Assembly (NCBI GenBank): GCA_032718475.1
Contig: JAUCBJ010006528.1
Location: 62,001-126,000, forward strand
Reading direction: 5' to 3'
DNA from: Nemertoderma westbladi
Lineage: Eukaryota > Animalia > Xenacoelomorpha
Length of the DNA: 64,000 bases
Position numbers and translations under genes: made by a program. A model generated the notes under the pieces. The model was not told the DNA's origin and ran no database searches. It worked only from the letters and a program-made list of their open reading frames with translations. Of the stretch, positions 1 through 14,350 are shown in pieces. Position 1 is the stretch's first letter; each line of letters opens with the position of its first letter.

Positions 1-98
1 CGTGGGTATTCTTAGCCTTCAAAACTATAACGTTTATTGTTTCGGTTCCCCAAATACGCTTCTGAAACCTGCTCCTAGACTATCCTGGTCCTTTACTA

Positions 99-162
99 AC
101 TCGCGGGCTAAGAATACTCGCGGGCTAAGAATACTCGCGGGCTAAGAATACTCGCGGGCTAA
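99..162. repeat. 17-bp minisatellite (ACTCGCGGGCTAAGAAT), about 3.8 copies
   Basis: Direct tandem copies are visible. An inverted near-copy lies at 1-17 (CGTGGGTATTCTTAGCC). Confidence 0.9.
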
Positions 163-232
163 CAATTCACCCAACCCTTCTATATTGAGCTCGTTTTGAC
201 GATATTATTATGTTCAGTTTATTGTCGTACAC

Positions 233-261
233 AGAGAGATAGAGAGAGAGAGAGAGAGAGA
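233..261. repeat. (AG)n microsatellite
   Basis: AGAGAGATAGAGAGAG... run read directly. Confidence 0.9.
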
Positions 262-907
262 CATCAGACAGTATAGAGCCAACTCAAATAAACTACAGAG
301 TCAACTCACATAAACATGGCATATTAAGAATACAGCAGGTTTACAGGAATTCCAGGACTTAAAATTCCTTCGTGGTTGTAGTTATGGCGCCACACATGAC
401 TTGAGATACAAACTCTTAATAAATTATTAATGGCTGGCTGTTATAAGGTTGAAGTTGGCCTATTTAGTGAAATAGTCTAACATCTCACTGTTTATCCGCT
501 CTAGAGGAGAAAGAAGCCATCAATAAAACGGAAAATATTTATGTAAACAGTCGGTGCCCGACTGATTATAGCCCGGGATTGCGACAAATTAATTAGTAGG
601 AGACAGAAAAAAAAACAGATCAGGGTTGTTCAATGTGATCGGTTATTGGATGGCATAAAGGCATAATTACTATTATGAACAGATAATTATTGATTTTAGT
701 CAAGAATGTCCAAACTAGATTTTTAGATAAATGGCCTTTGCTTTTCACGGGATTTTGCGTTAAATGAATGAAGTTGGATGTGTGCTGTGCACTGGTCTCT
801 TACTTTATGTATTAACGGGTTACAGAGGTCTATACAGTAGTTGCAAGGATAATGGCTCTTCGGTTTCGTATGATTCGGAAAGGGAAAGAAAAAATCAACG
901 CAACAAA

Positions 908-975
908 TTTATTTCCCACTGAGTTTATTTCCCACTGAGTTTATTTCCCACTGAGTTTATTTCCCACTGAGTTTA
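908..975. repeat. 16-bp minisatellite (TTTATTTCCCACTGAG) x4
   Basis: Four exact copies, followed by degenerate TTCACTAAAAA-like echoes to about 1200. Confidence 0.9.
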
Positions 976-1428
976 CTCTGCTAAGGGTAAAATTATCATT
1001 CGTCAAATAAATTTTCATTCACCAAAAATAACAAAATCATTAAAATTCTAATTTGATTTTCACTAAAAATAATTGTGTTTCAACTATTTATAATTTTGTA
1101 ACAACAAACTATAATTATATTTCACTAAAAATCAATTAAAATTCAATCACTTTCCGCTAAAGTTATTTTCTTTCAATTGTATTTTTTTTACTAAAAAATT
1201 ATCACTTTTCATTTCGCGTTGCAGCGCATAAGCGGCCCATATGAAGTGGGGCGACTTAAGTTTTAAATACTGTAGTAACGCGCCATTGGTCATTAGATCC
1301 TGCTTTGTTAGATAATAATTATAATTGTATTATATTATTATTAACAATGGATTTCTAGCAAAAAATAAACTGTTACTGTCTAGTAGTAGTAGTAATTTAA
1401 TAATAATATTAAATATATATGATTAATA

Positions 1429-2001
1429 AGTAGTAGTAGTAGTGAACGGTTTACTGGCCCGTTCAGCCTTTAATTTTCGCCAAAATCATATTTTGCACAC
1501 TACAGTATAGCGTAATAGTAATGTATTACGATCGCAACAAACAGCAATATTAATATACTCAGTATATTTTTGCACAAACTAAGTAAATATAAAAGTAAAT
1601 AACACTTACTAATATTATTATTTCTAATTTATTAATTAATTATTCGAAAAAACTTTTAATACTGCTTCAATAAATTTACATAGTAGTACCGGTGCACTGT
1701 ACGTTTCTTTAAACAAGTCTATCAAACTATTACATTTTAGTCCGTATTCTATTCGTATATCATCCGTCAGGTGACAAAATAATAGTACGTGAGGCTCGTC
1801 TTGTACTAGGTTTGTGTTACAGCAGCAGATACGTTGCTCAGGAGGGATGCGACTCCAACGACCAGTTTCAACCTTAAGTCTGTGGGACATTAGACGCAAT
1901 TTAGTGAAATGTTTTCTGTTGTGGTCGGGGATCAGCGGATTTAAACAGGAGTAAATGGGGTGTGGTTCTACATCGCAACCAGTTGATAAAATTGGATTCA
2001 T
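1429..2001 (-). mobile_element. 5'-truncated non-LTR retrotransposon 3' fragment (ORF2 C-terminal Cys/His domain, 3' UTR, (ACT)n tail); clade uncertain (RTE-X/Daphne-like)
   Basis: ORF 1636-2001 carries LRLMSHRLKVETGRW...RICCC...QDEPHVLLFC, matching the R-x-S-H-x-L-x-I/V-E-T-G-R...C..C...EDE-x-H...C motif at LINE ORF2 C-termini. The minus-strand end reads GGCTGAACGGGCC AGTAAA CCGTTC then (ACT)n at about 1429-1443. Confidence 0.8.
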
Positions 2002-2560
2002 ACAAAATGTTTGGTGGACATAGCGTGTAATACTGTAATAATAATAGGCTCAGGAACTCGTACAAGAGGTCCAGTTATAATCTTAACATTAGATAAGAAC
2101 TCATTTATTCAATGTATAAATTCAATGGCAGCTTCACAGAATTAATAACGAGTAATTTATTTTATGGCTATATTGTTATTACCTGTATTCAGTACTGTAC
2201 AGGGTGGATGTTTATAGCGCTACCGGCTATTTACTTTGTTGTCGAGTTAGAAATAAACAACAGTGCAAGTGAATGTAATGTATTACAGTAGCTAGTGTAC
2301 AGTACCAACCGGCCTGGCGCCCACCCGCTAGGAAGCCAAACAACCAGACCCATAGCTATAAATAGTAGAGAATCTATGTGGGGTAATCCGTAACGTTAGG
2401 CCTCAGGGCGAAATGGGAAGTCTATAAATCTGACAGGGAGCGGTTCTGGCTATTTACCTGGTAATAAAGCATTATTAAAAGGTCAATGGACTGGAAATGT
2501 CGTAGAGTATGACTCAACTATTATTTTGGGTTGCAACTCGAGAGCCATTCCATTTCCTTA

Positions 2561-2833
2561 CACGTTCGTGGGGCGTCGCGCAGCACGCGAACTTGAGCAA
2601 GTCGAAACAAGTTCGATTTGATCTGGAGTCAAAAGTTCAAGAGATATTTGCCGTAACTTTCAAAAATATTGGAACTTTTTCTCTAGTATGCCCATATAAA
2701 ATTTAGATGAAAATGCTAAAAATCTTTAAAAGTTATTTACGAATGAATTTCTCATTATAGACGGACGGATTTGCCCTATTTACTAATTATAATTGTGCGC
2801 TAAGGCTTGCCTTTACTGCGTGGCTCGCCACAT
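2561..2833 (-). mobile_element. Short HINE/Helentron-like non-autonomous element, same family as 26824-27472
   Basis: 2561-2584 CACGTTCGTGGGGCGTCGCGCAGC approximates the reverse complement of 27438-27462. 2799-2833 GCTAAGGCTTGCCTTTACTGCGTGGCTCGCCACAT approximates the reverse complement of 26824-26859. A GACGGACGG microsatellite remnant lies at about 2760. Confidence 0.7.
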
Positions 2834-2897
2834 CACTAATATACATACTGTAGGTGCTCTCTTTCTCTTTTTGCTTCTTTGTCAGTAATTGGCTGTT

Positions 2898-5800
2898 GTG
2901 TAACTGGGTCAAATGATAAGGAATGTAGTTGTAACTGGGTCAAATGATAAGGAATGTAGTTGTACGGTGTAACTGGGTCAAATGATAAGGAATGTAGTTG
3001 TAACTGGGTCAAATGATAAGGAATGTAGTTGTACGGTGTAACTGGGTCAAATGATAAGGAATGTAGTTGTACGGTGTAACTGGGTCAAATGATAAGGAAT
3101 GTAGTTGTAACTGGGTCAAATGATAAGGAATGTAGTTGTACGGTGTAACTGGGTCAAATGATAAGGAATGTAGTTGTACGGTGTAACTGGGTCAAATGAT
3201 AAGGAATGTAGTTGTACGGTGTAACTGGGTCAAATGATAAGGAATGTAGTTGTACGGTGTAACTGGGTCAAATGATAAGGAATGTAGTTGTACGGTGTAA
3301 CTGGGTCAAATGATAAGGAATGTAGTTGTAACTGGGTCAAATGATAAGGAATGTAGTTGTACGGTGTAACTGGGTCAAATGATAAGGAATGTAGTTGTAC
3401 GGTGTAACTGGGTCAAATGATAAGGAATGTAGTTGTAACTGGGTCAAATGATAAGGAATGTAGTTGTACGGTGTAACTGGGTCAAATGATAAGGAATGTA
3501 GTTGTACGGTGTAACTGGGTCAAATGATAAGGAATGTAGTTGTACGGTGTAACTGGGTCAAATGATAAGGAATGTAGTTGTACGGTGTAACTGGGTCAAA
3601 TGATAAGGAATGTAGTTGTACGGTGTAACTGGGTCAAATGATAAGGAATGTAGTTGTACGGTGTAACTGGGTCAAATGATAAGGAATGTAGTTGTACGGT
3701 GTAACTGGGTCAAATGATAAGGAATGTAGTTGTACGGTGTAACTGGGTCAAATGATAAGGGATGTAGTTGTACGGTGTAACTGGGTCAAATGATAAGGAA
3801 TGTAGTTGTACGGTGTAACTGGGTCAAATGATAAGGAATGTAGTTGTACGGTGTAACTGGGTCAAATGATAAGGAATGTAGTTGTACGGTGTAACTGGGT
3901 CAAATGATAAGGAATGTAGTTGTACGGTGTAACTGGGTCAAATGATAAGGAATGTAGTTGTACGGTGTAACTGGGTCAAATGATAAGGAATGTAGTTGTA
4001 CGGTGTAACTGGGTCAAATGATAAGGAATGTAGTTGTACGGTGTAACTGGGTCAAATGATAAGGAATGTAGTTGTACGGTGTAACTGGGTCAAATGATAA
4101 GGAATGTAGTTGTACGGTGTAACTGGGTCAAATGATAAGGAATGTAGTTGTACGGTGTAACTGGGTCAAATGATAAGGAATGTAGTTGTACGGTGTAACT
4201 GGGTCAAATGATAAGGAATGTAGTTGTACGGTGTAACTGGGTCAAATGATAAGGAATGTAGTTGTACGGTGTAACTGGGTCAAATGATAAGGAATGTAGT
4301 TGTACGGTGTAACTGGGTCAAATGATAAGGAATGTAGTTGTACGGTGTAACTGGGTCAAATGATAAGGAATGTAGTTGTACGGTGTAACTGGGTCAAATG
4401 ATAAGGAATGTAGTTGTACGGTGTAACTGGGTCAAATGATAAGGAATGTAGTTGTACGGTGTAACTGGGTCAAATGATAAGGAATGTAGTTGTACGGTGT
4501 AACTGGGTCAAATGATAAGGAATGTAGTTGTACGGTGTAACTGGGTCAAATGATAAGGAATGTAGTTGTACGGTGTAACTGGGTCAAATGATAAGGAATG
4601 TAGTTGTACGGTGTAACTGGGTCAAATGATAAGGAATGTAGTTGTACGGTGTAACTGGGTCAAATGATAAGGAATGTAGTTGTACGGTGTAACTGGGTCA
4701 AATGATAAGGAATGTAGTTGTACGGTGTAACTGGGTCAAATGATAAGGAATGTAGTTGTACGGTGTAACTGGGTCAAATGATAAGGAATGTAGTTGTACG
4801 GTGTAACTGGGTCAAATGATAAGGAATGTAGTTGTACGGTGTAACTGGGTCAAATGATAAGGAATGTAGTTGTACGGTGTAACTGGGTCAAATGATAAGG
4901 AATGTAGTTGTACGGTGTAACTGGGTCAAATGATAAGGAATGTAGTTGTACGGTGTAACTGGGTCAAATGATAAGGAATGTAGTTGTACGGTGTAACTGG
5001 GTCAAATGATAAGGAATGTAGTTGTACGGTGTAACTGGGTCAAATGATAAGGAATGTAGTTGTACGGTGTAACTGGGTCAAATGATAAGGAATGTAGTTG
5101 TACGGTGTAACTGGGTCAAATGATAAGGAATGTAGTTGTACGGTGTAACTGGGTCAAATGATAAGGAATGTAGTTGTACGGTGTAACTGGGTCAAATGAT
5201 AAGGAATGTAGTTGTACGGTGTAACTGGGTCAAATGATAAGGAATGTAGTTGTACGGTGTAACTGGGTCAAATGATAAGGAATGTAGTTGTACGGTGTAA
5301 CTGGGTCAAATGATAAGGAATGTAGTTGTACGGTGTAACTGGGTCAAATGATAAGGAATGTAGTTGTACGGTGTAACTGGGTCAAATGATAAGGAATGTA
5401 GTTGTACGGTGTAACTGGGTCAAATGATAAGGAATGTAGTTGTACGGTGTAACTGGGTCAAATGATAAGGAATGTAGTTGTACGGTGTAACTGGGTCAAA
5501 TGATAAGGAATGTAGTTGTACGGTGTAACTGGGTCAAATGATAAGGAATGTAGTTGTACGGTGTAACTGGGTCAAATGATAAGGAATGTAGTTGTACGGT
5601 GTAACTGGGTCAAATGATAAGGAATGTAGTTGTACGGTGTAACTGGGTCAAATGATAAGGAATGTAGTTGTACGGTGTAACTGGGTCAAATGATAAGGAA
5701 TGTAGTTGTACGGTGTAACTGGGTCAAATGATAAGGAATGTAGTTGTACGGTGTAACTGGGTCAAATGATAAGGAATGTAGTTGTACGGTGTAACTGGGT

Positions 5801-8800
5801 CAAATGATAAGGAATGTAGTGCGTGTAACTGGGTCAAATGATAAGGAATGTAGTTGTACGGTGTAACTGGGTCAAATGATAAGGAATGTAGTTGTACGGT
5901 GTAACTGGGTCAAATGATAAGGAATGTAGTTGTACGGTGTAACTGGGTCAAATGATAAGGAATGTAGTTGTACGGTGTAACTGGGTCAAATGATAAGGAA
6001 TGTAGTTGTACGGTGTAACTGGGTCAAATGATAAGGAATGTAGTTGTACGGTGTAACTGGGTCAAATGATAAGGAATGTAGTTGTACGGTGTAACTGGGT
6101 CAAATGATAAGGAATGTAGTTGTACGGTGTAACTGGGTCAAATGATAAGGAATGTAGTTGTACGGTGTAACTGGGTCAAATGATAAGGAATGTAGTTGTA
6201 CGGTGTAACTGGGTCAAATGATAAGGAATGTAGTTGTACGGTGTAACTGGGTCAAATGATAAGGAATGTAGTTGTACGGTGTAACTGGGTCAAATGATAA
6301 GGAATGTAGTTGTACGGTGTAACTGGGTCAAATGATAAGGAATGTAGTTGTACGGTGTAACTGGGTCAAATGATAAGGAATGTAGTTGTACGGTGTAACT
6401 GGGTCAAATGATAAGGAATGTAGTTGTACGGTGTAACTGGGTCAAATGATAAGGAATGTAGTTGTACGGTGTAACTGGGTCAAATGATAAGGAATGTAGT
6501 TGTACGGTGTAACTGGGTCAAATGATAAGGAATGTAGTTGTACGGTGTAACTGGGTCAAATGATAAGGAATGTAGTTGTACGGTGTAACTGGGTCAAATG
6601 ATAAGGAATGTAGTTGTACGGTGTAACTGGGTCAAATGATAAGGAATGTAGTTGTACGGTGTAACTGGGTCAAATGATAAGGAATGTAGTTGTACGGTGT
6701 AACTGGGTCAAATGATAAGGAATGTAGTTGTACGGTGTAACTGGGTCAAATGATAAGGAATGTAGTTGTACGGTGTAACTGGGTCAAATGATAAGGAATG
6801 TAGTTGTACGGTGTAACTGGGTCAAATGATAAGGAATGTAGTTGTACGGTGTAACTGGGTCAAATGATAAGGAATGTAGTTGTACGGTGTAACTGGGTCA
6901 AATGATAAGGAATGTAGTTGTACGGTGTAACTGGGTCAAATGATAAGGAATGTAGTTGTACGGTGTAACTGGGTCAAATGATAAGGAATGTAGTTGTACG
7001 GTGTAACTGGGTCAAATGATAAGGAATGTAGTTGTACGGTGTAACTGGGTCAAATGATAAGGAATGTAGTTGTACGGTGTAACTGGGTCAAATGATAAGG
7101 AATGTAGTTGTACGGTGTAACTGGGTCAAATGATAAGGAATGTAGTTGTACGGTGTAACTGGGTCAAATGATAAGGAATGTAGTTGTACGGTGTAACTGG
7201 GTCAAATGATAAGGAATGTAGTTGTACGGTGTAACTGGGTCAAATGATAAGGAATGTAGTTGTACGGTGTAACTGGGTCAAATGATAAGGAATGTAGTTG
7301 TACGGTGTAACTGGGTCAAATGATAAGGAATGTAGTTGTACGGTGTAACTGGGTCAAATGATAAGGAATGTAGTTGTACGGTGTAACTGGGTCAAATGAT
7401 AAGGAATGTAGTTGTACGGTGTAACTGGGTCAAATGATAAGGAATGTAGTTGTACGGTGTAACTGGGTCAAATGATAAGGAATGTAGTTGTACGGTGTAA
7501 CTGGGTCAAATGATAAGGAATGTAGTTGTAACTGGGTCAAATTATAAGGGATGTAGTTGTAACTGGGTCAAATGATAAGGAATGTAGTTGTACGGTGTAA
7601 CTGGGTCAAATGATAAGGAATGTAGTTGTACGGTGTAACTGGGTCAAATGATAAGGAATGTAGTTGTACGGTGTAACTGGGTCAAATGATAAGGAATGTA
7701 GTTGTACGGTGTAACTGGGTCAAATGATAAGGAATGTAGTTGTACGGTGTAACTGGGTCAAATGATAAGGAATGTAGTTGTACGGTGTAACTGGGTCAAA
7801 TGATAAGGAATGTAGTTGTAACTGGGTCAAATTATAAGGGATGTAGTTGTAACTGGGTCAAATTATAAGGGATGTAGTTGTACGGTGTAACTGGGTCAAA
7901 TGATAAGGAATGTAGTTGTACGGTGTAACTGGGTCAAATGATAAGGAATGTAGTTGTACGGTGTAACTGGGTCAAATGATAAGGAATGTAGTTGTACGAT
8001 GTAACTGGGTCAAATGATAAGGAATGTAGTTGTAACTGGGTCAAATTATAAGGGATGTAGTTGTACGGTGTAACTGGGTCAAATGATAAGGAATGTAGTT
8101 GTACGGTGTAACTGGGTCAAATGATAAGGAATGTAGTTGTACGGTGTAACTGGGTCAAATGATAAGGAATGTAGTTGTACGATGTAACTGGGTCAAATGA
8201 TAAGGAATGTAGTTGTAACTGGGTCAAATTATAAGGGATGTAGTTGTACGGTGTAACTGGGTCAAATGATAAGGAATGTAGTTGTACGGTGTAACTGGGT
8301 CAAATGATAAGGAATGTAGTTGTACGGTGTAACTGGGTCAAATGATAAGGAATGTAGTTGTACGGTGTAACTGGGTCAAATGATAAGGTATGTAGTTGTA
8401 CGGTGTAACTGGGTCAAATGATAAGGAATGTAGTTGTACGGTGTAACTGGGTCAAATGATAAGGAATGTAGTTGTACGGTGTAACTGGGTCAAATGATAA
8501 GGAATGTAGTTGTACGGTGTAACTGGGTCAAATGATAAGGAATGTAGTAGTGTACGGTGTAACTGGGTCAAATGATAAGGAATGTAGTTGTACGGTGTAA
8601 CTGGGTCAAATGATAAGGAATGTAGTTGTACGATGTAACTGGGTCAAATGATAAGGAATGTAGTTGTAACTGGGTCAAATGATAAGGAATGTAGTTGTAC
8701 GGTGTAACTGGGTCAAATGATAAGGAATGTAGTTGTACGGTGTAACTGGGTCAAATGATAAGGAATGTAGTTGTACGGTGTAACTGGGTCAAATGATAAG

Positions 8801-11800
8801 GAATGTAGTTGTACGGTGTAACTGGGTCAAATGATAAGGAATGTAGTTGTACGATGTAACTGGGTCAAATGATAAGGAATGTAGTTGTAACTGGGTCAAA
8901 TGATAAGGAATGTAGTTGTACGGTGTAACTGGGTCAAATGATAAGGAATGTAGTTGTACGGTGTAACTGGGTCAAATGATAAGGAATGTAGTTGTACGGT
9001 GTAACTGGGTCAAATGATAAGGAATGTAGTTGTGCGGTGTAACTGGGTCAAATGATAAGGAATGTAGTTGTACGGTGTAACTGGGTCAAATGATAAGGAA
9101 TGTAGTTGTAACTGGGTCAAATGATAAGGAATGTAGTTGTACGGTGTAACTGGGTCAAATGATAAGGAATGTAGTTGTACGGTGTAACTGGGTCAAATGA
9201 TAAGGAATGTAGTTGTACGGTGTAACTGGGTCAAATGATAAGGAATGTAGTTGTGCGGTGTAACTGGGTCAAATGATAAGGAATGTAGTTGTACGGTGTA
9301 ACTGGGTCAAATGATAAGGAATGTAGTTGTACGATGTAACTGGGTCAAATGATAAGGAATGTAGTTGTGCGGTGTAACTGGGTCAAATGATAAGGAATGT
9401 AGTTGTACGATGTAACTGGGTCAAATGATAAGGAATGTAGTTGTACGGTGTAACTGGGTCAAATGATAAGGAATGTAGTTGTACGGTGTAACTGGGTCAA
9501 ATGATAAGGAATGTAGTTGTACGATGTAACTGGGTCAAATGATAAGGAATGTAGTTGTACGGTGTAACTGGGTCAAATGATAAGGAATGTAGTTGTACGG
9601 TGTAACTGGGTCAAATGATAAGGAATGTAGTTGTACGGTGTAACTGGGTCAAATGATAAGGAATGTAGTTGTACGGTGTAACTGGGTCAAATGATAAGGA
9701 ATGTAGTTGTACGGTGTAACTGGGTCAAATGATAAGGGATGTAGTTGTACGGTGTAACTGGGTCAAATGATAAGGAATGTAGTTGTACGGTGTAACTGGG
9801 TCAAATGATAAGGAATGTAGTTGTACGGTGTAACTGGGTCAAATGATAAGGAATGTAGTTGTAACTGGGTCAAATGATAAGGAATGTAGTTGTACGGTGT
9901 AACTGGGTCAAATGATAAGGAATGTAGTTGTACGGTGTAACTGGGTCAAATGATAAGGAATGTAGTTGTACGGTGTAACTGGGTCAAATGATAAGGAATG
10001 TAGTTGTACGGTGTAACTGGGTCAAATGATAAGGAATGTAGTTGTACGGTGTAACTGGGTCAAATGATAAGGAATGTAGTTGTACGGTGTAACTGGGTCA
10101 AATGATAAGGAATGTAGTTGTACGGTGTAACTGGGTCAAATGATAAGGAATGTAGTTGTACGGTGTAACTGGGTCAAATGATAAGGAATGTAGTTGTACG
10201 GTGTAACTGGGTCAAATGATAAGGAATGTAGTTGTAACTGGGTCAAATGATAAGGAATGTAGTTGTACGGTGTAACTGGGTCAAATGATAAGGAATGTAG
10301 TTGTACGGTGTAACTGGGTCAAATGATAAGGAATGTAGTTGTACGGTGTAACTGGGTCAAATGATAAGGAATGTAGTTGTACGGTGTAACTGGGTCAAAT
10401 GATAAGGAATGTAGTTGTACGGTGTAACTGGGTCAAATGATAAGGAATGTAGTTGTACGGTGTAACTGGGTCAAATGATAAGGAATGTAGTTGTACGGTG
10501 TAACTGGGTCAAATGATAAGGAATGTAGTTGTACGGTGTAACTGGGTCAAATGATAAGGAATGTAGTTGTACGGTGTAACTGGGTCAAATGATAAGGAAT
10601 GTAGTTGTACGGTGTAACTGGGTCAAATGATAAGGAATGTAGTTGTACGGTGTAACTGGGTCAAATGATAAGGAATGTAGTTGTACGGTGTAACTGGGTC
10701 AAATGATAAGGAATCTAGTTGTACGGTGTAACTGGGTCAAATGATAAGGGATGTAGTTGTACGGTGTAACTGGGTCAAATGATAAGGAATGTAGTTGTAC
10801 GGTGTAACTGGGTCAAATGATAAGGAATGTAGTTGTACGGTGTAACTGGGTCAAATGATAAGGAATGTAGTTGTACGGTGTAACTGGGTCAAATGATAAG
10901 GAATGTAGTTGTACGGTGTAACTGGGTCAAATGATAAGGGATGTAGTTGTACGGTGTAACTGGGTCAAATGATAAGGAATGTAGTTGTACGGTGTAACTG
11001 GGTCAAATGATAAGGAATGTAGTTGTACGGTGTAACTGGGTCAAATGATAAGGTATGTAGTTGTACGGTGTAACTGGGTCAAATGATAAGGAATGTAGTT
11101 GTACGGTGTAACTGGGTCAAATGATAAGGAATGTAGTTGTACGGTGTAACTGGGTCAAATGATAAGGAATGTAGTTGTACGGTGTAACTGGGTCAAATGA
11201 TAAGGAATGTAGTTGTACGGTGTAACTGGGTCAAATGATAAGGTATGTAGTTGTACGGTGTAACTGGGTCAAATGATAAGGAATGTAGTTGTGCGGTGTA
11301 ACTGTGTCAAATGATAAGGAATGTAGTTGTACGGTGTAACTGGGTCAAATGATAAGGAATGTAGTTGTACGGTGTAACTGGGTCAAATGATAAGGAATGT
11401 AGTTGTACGGTGTAACTGGGTCAAATGATAAGGAATGTAGTTGTACGGTGTAACTGTGTCAAATGATAAGGAATGTAGTTGTAACTGGGTCAAATGATAA
11501 GGAATGTAGTTGTAACTGGGTCAAATGATAAGGATTTGTAGTTGTACGGTGTAACTGTGTCAATTAATAAGGAATGTAGTTGTAACTGGGTCAAATGATA
11601 AGGAATGTAGTTGTACGGTGTAACTGGGTCAAATGATAAGGAATGTAGTTGTACGGTGTAACTGTGTCAAATGATAAGGAATGTAGTTGTACGGTGTAAC
11701 TGTGTCAAATGATAAGGAATGTAGTTGTAACTGGGTCAAATGATAAGGAATGTAGTTGTAACTGGGTCAAATGATAAGGAATGTAGTTGTACGGTGTAAC

Positions 11801-13076
11801 TGTGTCAATTAATAAGGAATGTAGTTGTAACTGGGTCAAATGATAAGGAATGTAGTTGTACGGTGTAACTGGGTCAAATGATAAGGAATGTAGTTGTACG
11901 GTGTAACTGTGTCAATTAATAAGGAATGTAGTTGTAACTGGGTCAAATGATAAGGAATGTAGTTGTACGGTGTAACTGGGTCAAATGATAAGGAATGTAG
12001 GTGTAACTGTGTCAAATGATAAGGAATGTAGTTGTACGGTGTAACTGGGTCAAATGCTAAGGAATGTAGTTGTAACTGGGTCAAATGATAAGGAATGTAG
12101 TTGTACGGTGTAACTGGGTCAAATGATAAGGAATGTAGTTGTACGGTGTAACTGGGTCAAATGATAAGGAATGTAGTTGTACAGTGTAACTGGGTCAAAT
12201 GATAAGGAATGTAGTTGTACGGTGTAACTGGGTCAAATGATAAGGAATGTAGTTGTACGGTGTAACTGGGTCAAATGATAAGGTATGTAGTTGTACGGTG
12301 TAACTGGGTCAAATGATAAGGAATGTAGTTGTACGGTGTAACTGGGTCAAATGATAAGGAATGTAGTTGTACGGTGTAACTGGGTCAAATGATAAGGAAT
12401 GTAGTTGTACGGTGTAACTGGGTCAAATGATAAGGAATGTAGTTGTACGGTGTAACTGGGTCAAATGATAAGGAATGTAGTTGTACGGTGTAACTGGGTC
12501 AAATGATAAGGAATGTAGTTGTACGGTGTAACTGGGTCAAATGATAAGGAATGTAGTTGTACGGTGTAACTGGGTCAAATTATAAGGAATTGTAGTTGTA
12601 CGGTGTAACTGGGTCAAATGATAAGGAATGTAGTTGTACGGTGTAACTGGGTCAAATGATAAGGAATGTAGTTGTACGGTGTAACTGGGTCAAATGATAA
12701 GGGATGTAGTTGTACGGTGTAACTGGGTCAAATGATAAGGAATGTAGTTGTAACTGGGTCAAATGATAAGGAATGTAGTTGTACGGTGTAACTGGGTCAA
12801 ATGATAAGGGATGTAGTTGTACGGTGTAACTGGGTCAAATGATAAGGAATGTAGTTGTAACTGGGTCAAATGATAAGGAATGTAGTTGTACGGTGTAACT
12901 GGGTCAAATGATAAGGAATGTAGTTGTACGGTGTAACTGGGTCAAATGATAAGGGATGTAGTTGTACGGTGTAACTGGGTCAAATGATAAGGAATGTAGT
13001 TGTAACTGGGTCAAATGATAAGGAATGTAGTTGTACGGTGTAACTGTGTCAAATGATAAGGAATGTAGTTGTACGG
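2898..13076. repeat. Satellite A: 38-bp unit GTAACTGGGTCAAATGATAAGGAATGTAGTTGTACGGT with a 31-bp deletion variant, roughly 270 copies
   Basis: The line pattern recurs every 1140 bp (30 x 38), e.g. 3901 and 5041. The 31-bp variant lacks 7 bp between two TGTA motifs. Confidence 0.99.
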
Positions 13077-13532
13077 AACATATTCAGTCAATAGAAGATT
13101 ACAAGGTTATCACTTTTCTGTCGAAATTACAGTAAGGGGGACTTTCGAATCAATGACAATTAATCCCTCTCCCGTGGAAAATCAACGCAAATAACAGCTG
13201 ATTACTCGCAAAAATTAAAACTGTATCCTGTTCTATTGACTTTAGTTTATTGTTTTGGTTAAAATAACGTCCCACTGTAACTTGAGACGATTAATTCGCC
13301 TAAGATGTGATTTGCGTTCAGTTTCCTCCCTATCTCCGAAATTCTATTAAAATCATGACTTAGAGACTTCTGGGGAGAAGGGGAAGGAGAAGGGGATACT
13401 TTAAATAGGTTTATTAAACATTGTTTTAATGCTAAATAATGAAATAAAAATATCATATAGTAGCAATCGTATAATACCTTTTCAAAATTACACTGTATGT
13501 ATTGTATGTACGTAAAAGTAAACTATATGGGT

Positions 13533-13600
13533 AGACAGACCGACCGACAGTCAGACACCACATAAACAGTCTAATTGTAAATGTCGCTTATTGGCGACTG
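13533..13600 (+). mobile_element. HINE/DINE-like element 3' end remnant
   Basis: AGACAGACCGACCGACAGTCAGAC microsatellite followed by a short hairpin GTCGC-TTATTG-GCGAC (13583-13598), the usual end layout of Helentron-associated non-autonomous elements. Confidence 0.45.
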
Positions 13601-14350
13601 TAATAAATGGTTATTGGAAAAAATATTCTGCAGAAGCTACGGAGAGAGGGTGGGGGGAGGGTCCATTTTTTATTTTTTTAGGGGGGTGGGTGGGGGGAAT
13701 ATTTCAATACACCATATTATATGGTTAATATAATACTGTAGTAGTACTGTATTAATTGTTTCATAGCTCGTATTGCGATCTTTTAACCGGTAAAGAAAAT
13801 AATACGATTCTTGTTTCGTATAGATTCAGTGTGGTGGACTTAGTTGAAACTTGAAATCTAAAGGTGAAATCATATCAATTCGAAGTTCAAGAGAAATGGA
13901 CCCAGGCCAGGCCAGCACTGCACTGCTGGGAGATAAAGATAAAAAATATCATTTAGAATTGGCTACTGTATAATGTAGAAACAGATGGCCGTATTTAGTT
14001 ACCATAGGCATAAAGTCTAGGCCTATATATATTGCACTGATACATTGACAATGATTAATCATATAGAATTAGGTTCAAATCAATCAAAACTTATGATTTC
14101 ATTGACGAATTAGCTGCTAAAACAAATAGTTAATAATAATAGTTTGTTGTTTGTTGCAATATTCGGGTACGTTGCATATTAGTAGTATTGTACCTTTATC
14201 AAACATGTCGAAGGGGGAAGGGGGAATTGACCGCACTTCAAAAGTCAGGCAGTAATAACTGTTTAAACAGGGTTGCAATTCTGATGACTAACGCTGGATA
14301 AGTTATATATATTTTTTAATTGTGATTAAATCATAAATATTGGAAGAATA

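Noticed and set aside
11836-12084. 82-aa ORF in satellite A
   Set aside because: Chance read-through of repeat variants.
2898-13076. Array of GATA (TGATAA) and nuclear-receptor (GGGTCA) sites as a regulatory element
   Set aside because: Six-base motifs are expected by chance in a 38-mer, and there is no supporting evidence.
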